Positions 20,749 through 29,604 of a stretch of DNA of 57,916 nt are shown piece by piece (within the stretch, counting starts at the first letter, position 1; every line of letters starts with the position of its first letter). Under the pieces are notes generated by a model. It searched no databases. It saw only the letters and a program-made list of their open reading frames with translations, and had not been told where the DNA came from. The stretch is from an uncultured Hyphomicrobiaceae bacterium (GTDB lineage Bacteria; Pseudomonadota; Alphaproteobacteria; Rhizobiales; CALHAX01): the NCBI GenBank assembly GCA_937931785.1, contig CALHAX010000035.1:1-57916 (forward strand), written 5' to 3'. The position numbers and the translations under genes are program-made.

Positions 20749-21807
20749 TCAGGATGCGGATTTTTCTGCCTTTTCGTACGCTGCAACAATTTTGGCGACC
20801 AAGGCGCGACGCACGACATCGCTTTGCTTGAAGCGTATGCTGGAAATGTCGTCGACGTTGTCGAGCAGGCGGATTGCCTCGTCCAGGCCCGATTTCTGTC
20901 CTGGGGGAAGATCGATCTGACTGGGATCTCCAGTGACTACCATTTTGGAGTTCTCGCCCAGGCGCGTCAGAAACATTTTCATCTGCATGCTGGTACAGTT
21001 CTGCGCCTCGTCGAGTATGACAAAAGAATCTGCCAGTGTGCGACCGCGCATGAAGGCCAGCGGTGCAATTTCGATTACACCGGTTTCCAAACCTTTTTCC
21101 ACCTTCTCTGGAGGTAAAACGTCGTAAAGCGCATCATACAGCGGGCGAAGGTAAGGATCGACCTTGTCGCGCATGTCACCCGGCAAAAAACCGAGACGCT
21201 CGCCAGCTTCTACCGCAGGCCGTGACAAGATCAGACGCTCCGTCAATCCGCGTTCCAGAAACGATGCGGCAAACGCGACAGCAAGATAGGTCTTGCCGGT
21301 GCCTGCCGGACCTGTACCGAACACCAGGTCGGTGGTTTCGAGCGCACGTATATAGTCACTCTGCGCCATCGTGCGTGCCGTGATCTGGCGTTTGCGCGTG
21401 CGGATCTGAGCCGCGCCCTTTGGCGTCGGTGCGGTCGTTCCCTGCTGTCTGGACATGGACGCTTTCGTTTGGGGCTGCATGTTCGGTGCCCCTGCATGGC
21501 GAATGGCGCCATCGACGTCGCCAGCGGAAATTTCGGCGCCGTCTTCCAGTCGATCATAGAGCTCAAGAAGTACGGCACGCGCCGTTTCACAGGAGTCCTT
21601 TGGACCGGTCAACCCGATCACATTGCCCCGTACCACGGCGACAATGCCCAGGCGGTCCTCGATCAGGGCAAGGTGCGCGTCGAACTCGCCGAGCAGGCGT
21701 GACAGAACATTGTTGTCTTCGAACTCCACCGTCAGGCTATCGGCGCTGCCGGACCCGGTGCTCTTGTCTCTGCTGCTGGCCAAAGTGGACTCCGGAATGA
21801 AGGTCAA
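20749..21807 (-). CDS. ybeZ: PhoH-like ATPase YbeZ
   Basis: Walker A GPAGTGKTYLAVA; C-terminal PhoH domain. Confidence 0.9.
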   Translation of the reverse strand: MTFIPESTLASSRDKSTGSGSADSLTVEFEDNNVLSRLLGEFDAHLALIEDRLGIVAVVRGNVIGLTGPKDSCETARAVLLELYDRLEDGAEISAGDVDGAIRHAGAPNMQPQTKASMSRQQGTTAPTPKGAAQIRTRKRQITARTMAQSDYIRALETTDLVFGTGPAGTGKTYLAVAFAASFLERGLTERLILSRPAVEAGERLGFLPGDMRDKVDPYLRPLYDALYDVLPPEKVEKGLETGVIEIAPLAFMRGRTLADSFVILDEAQNCTSMQMKMFLTRLGENSKMVVTGDPSQIDLPPGQKSGLDEAIRLLDNVDDISSIRFKQSDVVRRALVAKIVAAYEKAEKSAS

Positions 21808-21914
21808 TCGTTTCTAGTCAAGTGAGGCGACGGCCACGACGGTACTGCAGAATGCAGTGCCATGGCATACGAAATGCGATGCTTCTGCGCCAAGGATGGA
21901 TTGGAGATTGTCCG

Positions 21915-23387
21915 TCACGGGGCCACAATTTGCCCGATGAGGCTGTTCGGTCCGCCATGCGTGATTTCCACGTCACAGATATGGCCCAACCGGTCGACGG
22001 CACTTTCCACAAGGACAGATTGCAGCCAGGGTGAGCGTCCTATCACCTGGCCATTCAACTTGCCCGGGCGTTCGAACAGCACCGGCATCGTACGCCCGAC
22101 GCAGGAGGCATTGAATGCAAGCTGCTGTTCATTCAACAAATTCTGCAAGTCGGCGAGGCGTTGAACTTTCACGTCTTCCGGAATCTGCCCTTCCATGGTC
22201 GATGCGGGTGTGCCGGGTCGGCTTGAATATTTGAACGAGTAGGCCTGGGCGTATGTCACATCACGCACCATCTGCAACGTGGCCTCGAAATCAGCATCGG
22301 TTTCACCTGGAAAGCCGACAATGATGTCGGTGGACAGCGCAAGGTCTGGCCGGGCGTTGCGGATACGGGCTACAATCTCCCGATACTCGGCACCGGTGTG
22401 CTTGCGGTTCATAGCCGCGAGAATACCGTCAGAGCCAGCCTGAAACGGCAGATGTAGATACGGCATCACCTTGGAGTTGTCGCGATGGACCGCAATCAGG
22501 TCGTCGGTCATATCGCGTGGATGACTCGTTGTGTAGCGCAGGCGCTCCAGACCATCGATGTCCGAAAGGCGGTTGAGCAAGTCAGCAAGACTTGCTGTGC
22601 CACCGTCCAGTGCATCACCGTGATAAGCATTCACGTTCTGACCAAGCAGCGTGATCTCGCGCACACCGGCTGAGGCCAGTTTTTTCGCCTCTTCGAGAAT
22701 TGCGGCGACGGGGCGCGAAAACTCCACGCCTCGCGTGTACGGCACAACACAGAATGTACAGAACTTGTCGCAACCCTCCTGCACTGTGAGGAATGCTGTT
22801 CGTGAACGGATCGCGCCGCGCATCGGCTTGCGCTCTGGTAGCGCTGAGAACTTGTCGTCTTCCGGAAACTCGGTGTCGACAATCTGACGGTTCTCGGCCC
22901 GCGATCGCGCCATAAGCTCGGGCAATCGGTGATAGCTCTGCGGCCCAACGACCAAATCTACAACCGGTGCGCGCCTGATGATTTCCGCACCTTCCGCCTG
23001 TGCGACACAGCCAGCCACCGCAATCCGCGTTTCCTTGCCCTGGCTGGTGCGCTCTTCTTTCAGTTTCCGGATACGCCCCAGATCCGAGTAAACCTTCTCC
23101 GCCGCCTTCTCCCGGATATGGCACGTGTTGAGGACAACCATATCGGCATCCGCGATATCATCTGTCAGCTCGTAGCCGTCCGCGCCCATCGCCTCGGACA
23201 TACGTTCGCTGTCATAGACATTCATCTGGCAGCCATAGGTCCGGACGTGCAAACGCTTCACCCGGGGCGCAGGGGCTTCTGAGTCTGAACTCTCGACCTG
23301 GTCGAGGAAAGGGGTGTCCTGCACGATGCGGGCTCTTTCATGAACGGTTGCCTCAACCGGCTTCGTGTGCCGGCCGCGGGATCTCAA
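21915..23387 (-). CDS. miaB: tRNA-i6A37 methylthiotransferase MiaB (ORF maximum; start probably ~23345 or later)
   Basis: [15 protein letters not shown]0004 domain, radical-SAM C..CTFCVVP, TRAM domain. The 5' 35 nt overlap the 3' end of the upstream acyltransferase gene. Confidence 0.9.
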   Translation of the reverse strand: MRSRGRHTKPVEATVHERARIVQDTPFLDQVESSDSEAPAPRVKRLHVRTYGCQMNVYDSERMSEAMGADGYELTDDIADADMVVLNTCHIREKAAEKVYSDLGRIRKLKEERTSQGKETRIAVAGCVAQAEGAEIIRRAPVVDLVVGPQSYHRLPELMARSRAENRQIVDTEFPEDDKFSALPERKPMRGAIRSRTAFLTVQEGCDKFCTFCVVPYTRGVEFSRPVAAILEEAKKLASAGVREITLLGQNVNAYHGDALDGGTASLADLLNRLSDIDGLERLRYTTSHPRDMTDDLIAVHRDNSKVMPYLHLPFQAGSDGILAAMNRKHTGAEYREIVARIRNARPDLALSTDIIVGFPGETDADFEATLQMVRDVTYAQAYSFKYSSRPGTPASTMEGQIPEDVKVQRLADLQNLLNEQQLAFNASCVGRTMPVLFERPGKLNGQVIGRSPWLQSVLVESAVDRLGHICDVEITHGGPNSLIGQIVAP

Positions 23388-24252
23388 CGGGCGTCATATC
23401 TTGTGTCTCGGCAATTGCCAAATCCGCAGATGTCCCATCGTCATCAACCTGCCCGCCGTGGCGCAACATCGCCGCCACATTCGCCCGCACCTGTTGCTCC
23501 GTTTCGGAGGCCAGCGCCTTCCTGTCCTCGAAATCATCAAGGGGAACGGGTGCGCTTATCCGCACATGAACATCGAGCGGGCCTGAGCACAGCAGGTCCC
23601 AAGCGTGACTGGCGAGATTCATATCACCGTACCACGCGACTAACGGTCGGCCTGCGCGACCAAGCGGAAGGCCTGACGCATGCGTGTAGGCAAGCGCCAC
23701 AGTCTGCACCTGCACACTCTCCAATCCAGGGATTGTCGTGTCTTGCGCTTTCGCGGGAGGCCGAACAGCGGCGAAGAGCGAACTCTTGAAGGGGAGCACA
23801 CGGTTGCCGTCTCCGCTCGTGCCTTCGGGAAAGAAAATCACCTTGTCACCTGCCGTGAGCCGCTCTGCGATCTTTCGAGAGGTATGCTGGACCGATGATC
23901 GGCGCGTCCTGTCGATGAACAGGGTGCGCTGCAGTTTGGCGAGCCAGCCTACGAATGGCCAACTAGCAACTTCCAGCTTTGCGACGAATGACACAGGCGT
24001 GACCGCACTGAGCACGACAATATCCAGCCAGGACTGATGATTGGCGACCAGCAACAGCGGGCGGGCGCTTTCAAGACTGCCTGAGGTGTGGATTCGGATG
24101 CCAAGCAACCAAGCCAGTTGCCTGTGATACCAATGCGGAAAAATGACAGCACGCGGTGACTTCATCGCCAACAAGAGAGCCTGCACAGGCATAAGCGGCA
24201 CCGTGAACACGACGAATGCGATGCCTATGGCAATGGCTCTGAGTGCTCTCAT
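23353..24252 (-). CDS. olsA: PlsC-family lysophospholipid acyltransferase, probable lyso-ornithine-lipid O-acyltransferase OlsA
   Basis: NHQSWLDIV (HxxxxD) and FPEGT motifs. Position next to miaB with olsB ~11 kb away beside mutS; the OlsA assignment rests on my recollection that this spacing matches the Sinorhizobium olsA/olsB loci, so it is by synteny. Confidence 0.65.
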   Translation of the reverse strand: MRALRAIAIGIAFVVFTVPLMPVQALLLAMKSPRAVIFPHWYHRQLAWLLGIRIHTSGSLESARPLLLVANHQSWLDIVVLSAVTPVSFVAKLEVASWPFVGWLAKLQRTLFIDRTRRSSVQHTSRKIAERLTAGDKVIFFPEGTSGDGNRVLPFKSSLFAAVRPPAKAQDTTIPGLESVQVQTVALAYTHASGLPLGRAGRPLVAWYGDMNLASHAWDLLCSGPLDVHVRISAPVPLDDFEDRKALASETEQQVRANVAAMLRHGGQVDDDGTSADLAIAETQDMTPVEIPRPAHEAG

Positions 24253-24292
24253 CCGGTTTTGTACTCATTCCTACCCGAAAAACGTTAGCGCG

Positions 24293-24763
24293 TTATGCGG
24301 CTGGTTCGCTAGCAAAACCACGGGCCAGAAGCAACGCATCACAGGGACCGCCGTCACGTCCTGCGCGGTAGTAGCGCTTGCGGCGCGCGATCTCTATGAA
24401 ACCATTTTGCTCATAGAGCCGCCAGGCAGCGGCATTGTCCTCTGCGACCTCGAGAATCACGCGACGGGTGTTTGTTCCATCCGTTTGCGCGATGAGGACC
24501 TGAAGCAATGCGGTTGCCACGCCTTGTCGACGCGATGCCCGTTTCGTGGCGATCATGATGATCTCGATATCATCGCCTGCCTGACGCGCTTCGATGAAGC
24601 CGACTGGCGATGCATTGGCATTCATCGCAACGAGCGATCGCGATGTCGGCGTATTCAGTGTGGACCAAGCCACGGGTTCAGATGCCCCGATGACAGCGTC
24701 AAACGCCGGTCCGTCCATGGCGTTTGCGGGCCTGATACTCAGACCATGCATCGGCCCCGGCAT
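24293..24763 (-). CDS. rimI: ribosomal-protein-alanine N-acetyltransferase RimI (GNAT)
   Basis: GNAT acetyl-CoA motif ..RRQGVATALL..; 1 nt downstream of tsaB as in the conserved tsaB-rimI pair; start at the internal MPGPMHG ATG. Confidence 0.75.
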   Translation of the reverse strand: MPGPMHGLSIRPANAMDGPAFDAVIGASEPVAWSTLNTPTSRSLVAMNANASPVGFIEARQAGDDIEIIMIATKRASRRQGVATALLQVLIAQTDGTNTRRVILEVAEDNAAAWRLYEQNGFIEIARRKRYYRAGRDGGPCDALLLARGFASEPAA

Positions 24764-24764
24764 G

Positions 24765-25469
24765 TCAATTTGCCTGCCACTGCAGCGCAAATCCGCTTTG
24801 CGGCTTAGCGTCCGGCGCGCGAAGGTAAAGCGGAGACAGTGGTCCAGTGGTGGGTTTGCGATCGCGTGCAAGTTCTGCAACGGCAAGCGCAGACACTTCG
24901 ACATCGGTTTCGATAATCTCGGGTAATGCGTGTTCAGGCCACGGCACAAGCGGTGCGCCAGATCCAATAGCTGCTGCAACGGGTTCAGGAAGCATCAAGG
25001 GGACCTGCTCTGGTGCGCAGATCACCGGCTTGGCCATGGTCGGAACAGCTTTGCCATCAACACACGCGAAAGACTGCAAGTAGACCTGATCGCGGCGCGC
25101 GTCCCTTATGATGGCGAAGTTGCCCGGCAGATTGTCGTGCTGCCGTTCCGCAGTTTGCGCCATGGCTTCGAGCGTTCCAATGCCAATAAGCGGAATGTCC
25201 GTTGCCAGCGTCAAGGCACGCGCTACAGCAATGGCCACGCGCACGCCGGTAAATGTTCCCGGACCGGTTGTAACAGCGATGCGGTCAATTTTCTCAAGAG
25301 TGAGATCGGCGGTCTCGAGAACGCGCTGAACCATCGGGAGGAGGGCTTCCGCGTGGCCTCGGGTCATTCGCGTGTGTTCATCCGCCAACGCCGCGACATC
25401 GCACTCGTGATAACGCAGGATCGCTGCAGAACACGCAGCAAAACACGTATCAAACGCGAGTACATTCAT
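24765..25469 (-). CDS. tsaB: tRNA threonylcarbamoyladenosine biosynthesis protein TsaB (YeaZ)
   Basis: MNVLAFDTC..AVTTGPGTFTGVRVAIAVARAL.. Confidence 0.85.
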   Translation of the reverse strand: MNVLAFDTCFAACSAAILRYHECDVAALADEHTRMTRGHAEALLPMVQRVLETADLTLEKIDRIAVTTGPGTFTGVRVAIAVARALTLATDIPLIGIGTLEAMAQTAERQHDNLPGNFAIIRDARRDQVYLQSFACVDGKAVPTMAKPVICAPEQVPLMLPEPVAAAIGSGAPLVPWPEHALPEIIETDVEVSALAVAELARDRKPTTGPLSPLYLRAPDAKPQSGFALQWQAN

Positions 25470-25490
25470 GACGGAAACCGTCTGATACTA

Positions 25491-26057
25491 TCAGACGACC
25501 GGGCGCACTTCCTGCACTTCAGGAATGAAGTGCTTCAGCAGGTTTTCGATGCCGTGCTTCAGTGTCGCCGTTGAACTCGGGCAACCGGCGCACGCGCCAC
25601 GCATGTGCAGATAGACGATGCCCTGCTCGAAGCCATGGAACGCAATATCGCCGCCGTCCTGCGCTACAGCTGGGCGGACACGCGTATCCAGCAACTCTTT
25701 GATCGTGTTGACAATTTCTTCGTCTGCAGGATCGTAACTGCCTTCAGTGGCGTTCCCTGTTGCATCCGAACCCGTGTTCAGAACCGGGGCACCGGACAGA
25801 TAGTGTTCCATGATAACGCCAAGGATCGCTGGCTTGAGATGCTGCCATTCTTGCTCACCTTTCGTCACCGAAATGAAGTCTGCACCGAGAAATACGCCTT
25901 CGACACCATCAATGCCGAAAAGACGCCCGGCCAATGGCGACTGGGATTCAGCCTCATCAGCAGCGCGGTAGTCCTTCGTTCCGTCGGCAAGAACGGCCTG
26001 GCCCGGGATGAACTTGAGGGTGGCCGGATTAGGGGTTGCTTCGGTCTGGATGAACAT
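25491..26057 (-). CDS. NifU/Nfu-family Fe-S cluster scaffold/carrier protein (Nfu N-domain plus C-terminal CxxC NifU domain)
   Basis: N-terminal Nfu scaffold domain; C-terminal ..GACAGCPSS.. thioredoxin-like NifU motif. Confidence 0.8.
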   Translation of the reverse strand: MFIQTEATPNPATLKFIPGQAVLADGTKDYRAADEAESQSPLAGRLFGIDGVEGVFLGADFISVTKGEQEWQHLKPAILGVIMEHYLSGAPVLNTGSDATGNATEGSYDPADEEIVNTIKELLDTRVRPAVAQDGGDIAFHGFEQGIVYLHMRGACAGCPSSTATLKHGIENLLKHFIPEVQEVRPVV

Positions 26058-26121
26058 TGTCAGTCTCCATTGCCCAATGAGAGGGCTGAATGCACACAGC
26101 GGAAAGGTGATATGGTGCTAC

Positions 26122-26138
26122 TTTAGAATTATTCTAGT
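26122..26138. promoter_or_regulatory. Irr-box / iron control element candidate TTTAGAA-tta-TTCTAGt
   Basis: 12/14 identity to ICE TTTAGAA-N3-TTCTAAA (consensus as I recall it), 65 bp upstream of the NifU-like start. Confidence 0.45.
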
Positions 26139-26196
26139 ATACCAACGCGTGCAGGTAAAGATCGACCTTGCAACGCTGCGTTACCAAAATCGCAAA

Positions 26197-26706
26197 TCAA
26201 GCAAGTGAAGCGATCTCTTCAAGCGTCAAGGTGCCCGGCACGATGTAGATCGGAACCGGGAAATCACCCGCCATGCTGCCAGTTCCGAGCGAAGAGACCA
26301 GCGGACCAGGTCCTCGCCGGTCGCTGGCCGCACCCAGAACAAGCACAGCAACATCCTCGTCCTGCTCGATAAACCGGGTGATCTCGTCAGCCTTCTTGCC
26401 CTCACGAAACACGGTTTCGGTATGCAATTCGGCATATCCGAACTCGACCAGCTTCTCACGGTAGATCGCAAACATTTCGCGTGCGCGGACTTCACCCCCA
26501 CCCTGGTTCAAATTGCCAAAGCTGGACCACCCGCCTGCACCTGCAGCTTCTGTAATATGCATCAGACAGATGGAGCCGTTCGTGCGCTGCGCCACGCGGG
26601 CAGCGAAGAACAACGCGACGGAGCATTCCGGCGTGCCGTCGACGATCACCAGGAATTTGCGACGGTGGCCTTCTTCGAAGACCCGACGCTTCGTGTGTTC
26701 AACCAT
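26197..26706 (-). CDS. universal stress protein (UspA family)
   Basis: ..VLGAASDRRGPGPLVSSLGTGS.. ATP-binding motif region typical of the UspA fold. Confidence 0.8.
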   Translation of the reverse strand: MVEHTKRRVFEEGHRRKFLVIVDGTPECSVALFFAARVAQRTNGSICLMHITEAAGAGGWSSFGNLNQGGGEVRAREMFAIYREKLVEFGYAELHTETVFREGKKADEITRFIEQDEDVAVLVLGAASDRRGPGPLVSSLGTGSMAGDFPVPIYIVPGTLTLEEIASLA

Positions 26707-26783
26707 GAAATTTGCCCAAGCCTGTGCGCTTCGACACCAGCCCGGCGTCGTGCAACTGAATTGTGAACACGCTTACTTAAGCG

Positions 26784-27815
26784 CTATCGGATGAATCCGA
26801 CAATCTCTTTGACTACATTCATGTTGGCATCCGCGAGCACGCGCGCCCGCTCAGCCCCGTCACTCAGGATGCGGTCAATCTCGCCCGGGTCATCCATCAA
26901 TCGGCGCATTTCATCGCCTACGGGCCCAACTTTTGCGACCATGATATCTGCCAGTGCGCCCTTGAGATCCGAGAATTGTGCGCCACCGAACTGGCTCAGA
27001 GTGGCTTCAACTGTCTCGTTTGCGAGCGCAGCATAGATGCCAACAAGGTTTTCTGCCTCGGGCCGAGCTTCAAGACCCTTCGGTTCCGATGGCAGACCAT
27101 CCGGGTCTGTTTTCGCCTTGCGGACCTTCTTGGCGATTGAGTCCGCATCGTCGGTCATATTGATGCGGGAGAGATCGGACGGATCGGACTTCGACATTTT
27201 CCTGGCACCATCGCGCAATGACATGACGCGTGTCGCCGGACCTGTGATCAAAGGTTCCGGCAATGGGAAGAAGCCATCCGGATGCCCGGCATTCGTCGCG
27301 CTTTCCGCAAAATCGACGTTGAACTTCTGAGCAATGTCGCGGGCCAGTTCGAGGTGCTGCTTCTGGTCGTCGCCGACCGGTACATGTGTCCCGCGGTAGA
27401 CCAGAATGTCAGCAGCCATCAGATCGGGGTAGGTGTACAGGCCAACCGAAGCGTTTTCCTTATGCTTGCCCGCCTTCTCCTTGAACTGGGTCATGCGGTT
27501 GAGCCAGCCCATGCGCGCAACGCAATTGAAGATCCATGCAAGTTCCGCGTGACCGGACACCTGGCTCTGATTGAAGACGATGTGTTTCGTCGTATCGATT
27601 CCGGCTGCGATATAGGCCGCCGTGACCTCGCGCGTGTTGTGCGACAGTTCCGCCGGATCCTGCCACACGGTGATCGCGTGGAGGTCCACCACGCAGTAGA
27701 TGCAATCGTAGTCAGCCTGCATCTCGGCGAAACGCTTGATTGCGCCAAGGTAGTTGCCGAGGTGAAGATTACCGGTCGGTTGCACACCGGAGAACACGCG
27801 TTCTGGAATCGCCAT
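26784..27815 (-). CDS. trpS: tryptophan--tRNA ligase
   Basis: ..[16 protein letters not shown].. HIGH region and KMSKS. Confidence 0.95.
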   Translation of the reverse strand: MAIPERVFSGVQPTGNLHLGNYLGAIKRFAEMQADYDCIYCVVDLHAITVWQDPAELSHNTREVTAAYIAAGIDTTKHIVFNQSQVSGHAELAWIFNCVARMGWLNRMTQFKEKAGKHKENASVGLYTYPDLMAADILVYRGTHVPVGDDQKQHLELARDIAQKFNVDFAESATNAGHPDGFFPLPEPLITGPATRVMSLRDGARKMSKSDPSDLSRINMTDDADSIAKKVRKAKTDPDGLPSEPKGLEARPEAENLVGIYAALANETVEATLSQFGGAQFSDLKGALADIMVAKVGPVGDEMRRLMDDPGEIDRILSDGAERARVLADANMNVVKEIVGFIR

Positions 27816-27900
27816 GGGAGCTGTTTCTTGAATGAAGCTGCAGTCGCGGCGTTATGGCCGGGCGCTCGCCAACGTGCAAGCGGCTTGGTGCGCGACGTGA

Positions 27901-29487
27901 TCACGCCTTACGGTCGCGGCGCATCATCTGCATCAGGTTGCGGAGCTTGAACGCGCCGGTCACTTCGACGGCGACTGCGAAGACGAAAAGGCCAACCGTC
28001 ACGAGAGCTGCGAGTGCTGCAAACTGCACGAACGTCCCGGCTGACGGGGCAAAGAGCGGCGCGCCGTAAATGGCACCGACCCAGAGTACGGCCCCCATGA
28101 TCGCACTTGACAACACGATCCGCGGAACGGCGCGGCGGATCTGTTCATCAAGCTCGAAGTGCCCGCGCACGCGCAGCGTGCTCCAGAGCAAACCAGCGTT
28201 CACCCAACCGGCCAAAGTCGAGGCTGCCGCGATACCGACATGCGGTGGCCAGCCGTTTTCACGCAACCAGAAAAACAGCGCGAGCGATGCCGCGACATTC
28301 ACGATCAAACCGACGCCTGCATAAATCATGGGCGTACGCGTATCTTCGCGAGCGAAGTAGGCGGGCGAGAATACCTTGATGAGCACGAACGAAGGTAGAC
28401 CCCAGGCGAACGCCGCAAGACCCAATGCGGTTGCGCTGCTGTCGGCCGACGAGAACGCGCCACGTTCGAAAAGAACACGAATGATCGGTTCCGGAATGAC
28501 AAACAGGGCCACCGCGGCAGGAAGCGTGAGAAGGAGCGAAAACTCGAGCGATCGATTCTGACTTTCCGTGACAGCATCAATCTCGCCAGCGCGCAGCAGA
28601 CGGGCAATATCGGGCAAGAGTACAACACCAATGGCGATGCCGACGATGCCCAACGGAAGCTGATAAATGCGATCTGCGTAATAGAGATACGCCATCGCGC
28701 CTGCTTGTAGCGACGCAATCATGGTTCCCACGAGAATGTTGATCTGCGTAATGCCGCCGGCGAGGACCCCTGGGATGCCGAGTGTGAAGAGGCGCCGCAC
28801 TTGCGGTGTCAAACGAGGGCGACGCAGGGCCAGCCCCATTCCGGCCCGTTGTGCGGCTATCGCCAGCAATGCAAGCTGCAGTGCCCCCGCAATCGACACA
28901 CCCCACGCCAGCATGAAGCCAGCTTTGGGCGAATTCTGAAACCCGAGCGCCCAGGCGATCAGCATTGCGATGATGAGCACAATGTTGAGCAACACGGGCG
29001 CGGCGGCGGCGGCGGCGAACCGGTTCATGGCGTTCAGAACACCTGAGAGGAGCGCCACCAGTGACATGCATAACAGGTACGGGAACGCGATCCGGGTGAG
29101 AACCACGGCGAGGTCGTACTTCTCTGGATCCTCAGTAAACCCCGGAGCGACGACAAACATGAGCCATGGCATCGCCAACTCTGCGACCGCGGTCAGCACC
29201 AGCAGTGCGAACAAAAGCACGGCCAGCGCTTCCTCGGCAAACCTGCGGGCGGGACCTGGTCCATCGCCCTCAAGACTCTTGGCAAACAACGGCACAAAGG
29301 CCGCGTTGAATGCACCCTCACCGAAAATACGCCGGAACAGGTTCGGAAACCGGAATGCGGCAACGAACGCCTCCGCAACCGGACCTGTGCCCAAAAGACC
29401 GGCAATCAGGATGTCGCGAGCGAACCCGAGGATACGGCTCACCATCGTCAGGCCACCAACCGTGGCAAAGGCGCGATAAAGTTTCAT
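27901..29487 (-). CDS. murJ: lipid II flippase MurJ (MviN)
   Basis: MKLYRAFATVGGLTMVSRILGFARD.. canonical MurJ N-terminus; the ORF track adds 35 aa, so I place the start at 29487. Confidence 0.9.
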   Translation of the reverse strand: MKLYRAFATVGGLTMVSRILGFARDILIAGLLGTGPVAEAFVAAFRFPNLFRRIFGEGAFNAAFVPLFAKSLEGDGPGPARRFAEEALAVLLFALLVLTAVAELAMPWLMFVVAPGFTEDPEKYDLAVVLTRIAFPYLLCMSLVALLSGVLNAMNRFAAAAAAPVLLNIVLIIAMLIAWALGFQNSPKAGFMLAWGVSIAGALQLALLAIAAQRAGMGLALRRPRLTPQVRRLFTLGIPGVLAGGITQINILVGTMIASLQAGAMAYLYYADRIYQLPLGIVGIAIGVVLLPDIARLLRAGEIDAVTESQNRSLEFSLLLTLPAAVALFVIPEPIIRVLFERGAFSSADSSATALGLAAFAWGLPSFVLIKVFSPAYFAREDTRTPMIYAGVGLIVNVAASLALFFWLRENGWPPHVGIAAASTLAGWVNAGLLWSTLRVRGHFELDEQIRRAVPRIVLSSAIMGAVLWVGAIYGAPLFAPSAGTFVQFAALAALVTVGLFVFAVAVEVTGAFKLRNLMQMMRRDRKA

Positions 29488-29604
29488 TGCCGTTCGGTAG
29501 ACGAGGCAGCGCAAGCGGGCAAGATGAAGGAAGCCACACTCCGCACTTGCTGCACGGCATACCTCCGCAGATGCACGTTTACTGCAATGCAATGCGATGC
29601 GAAG

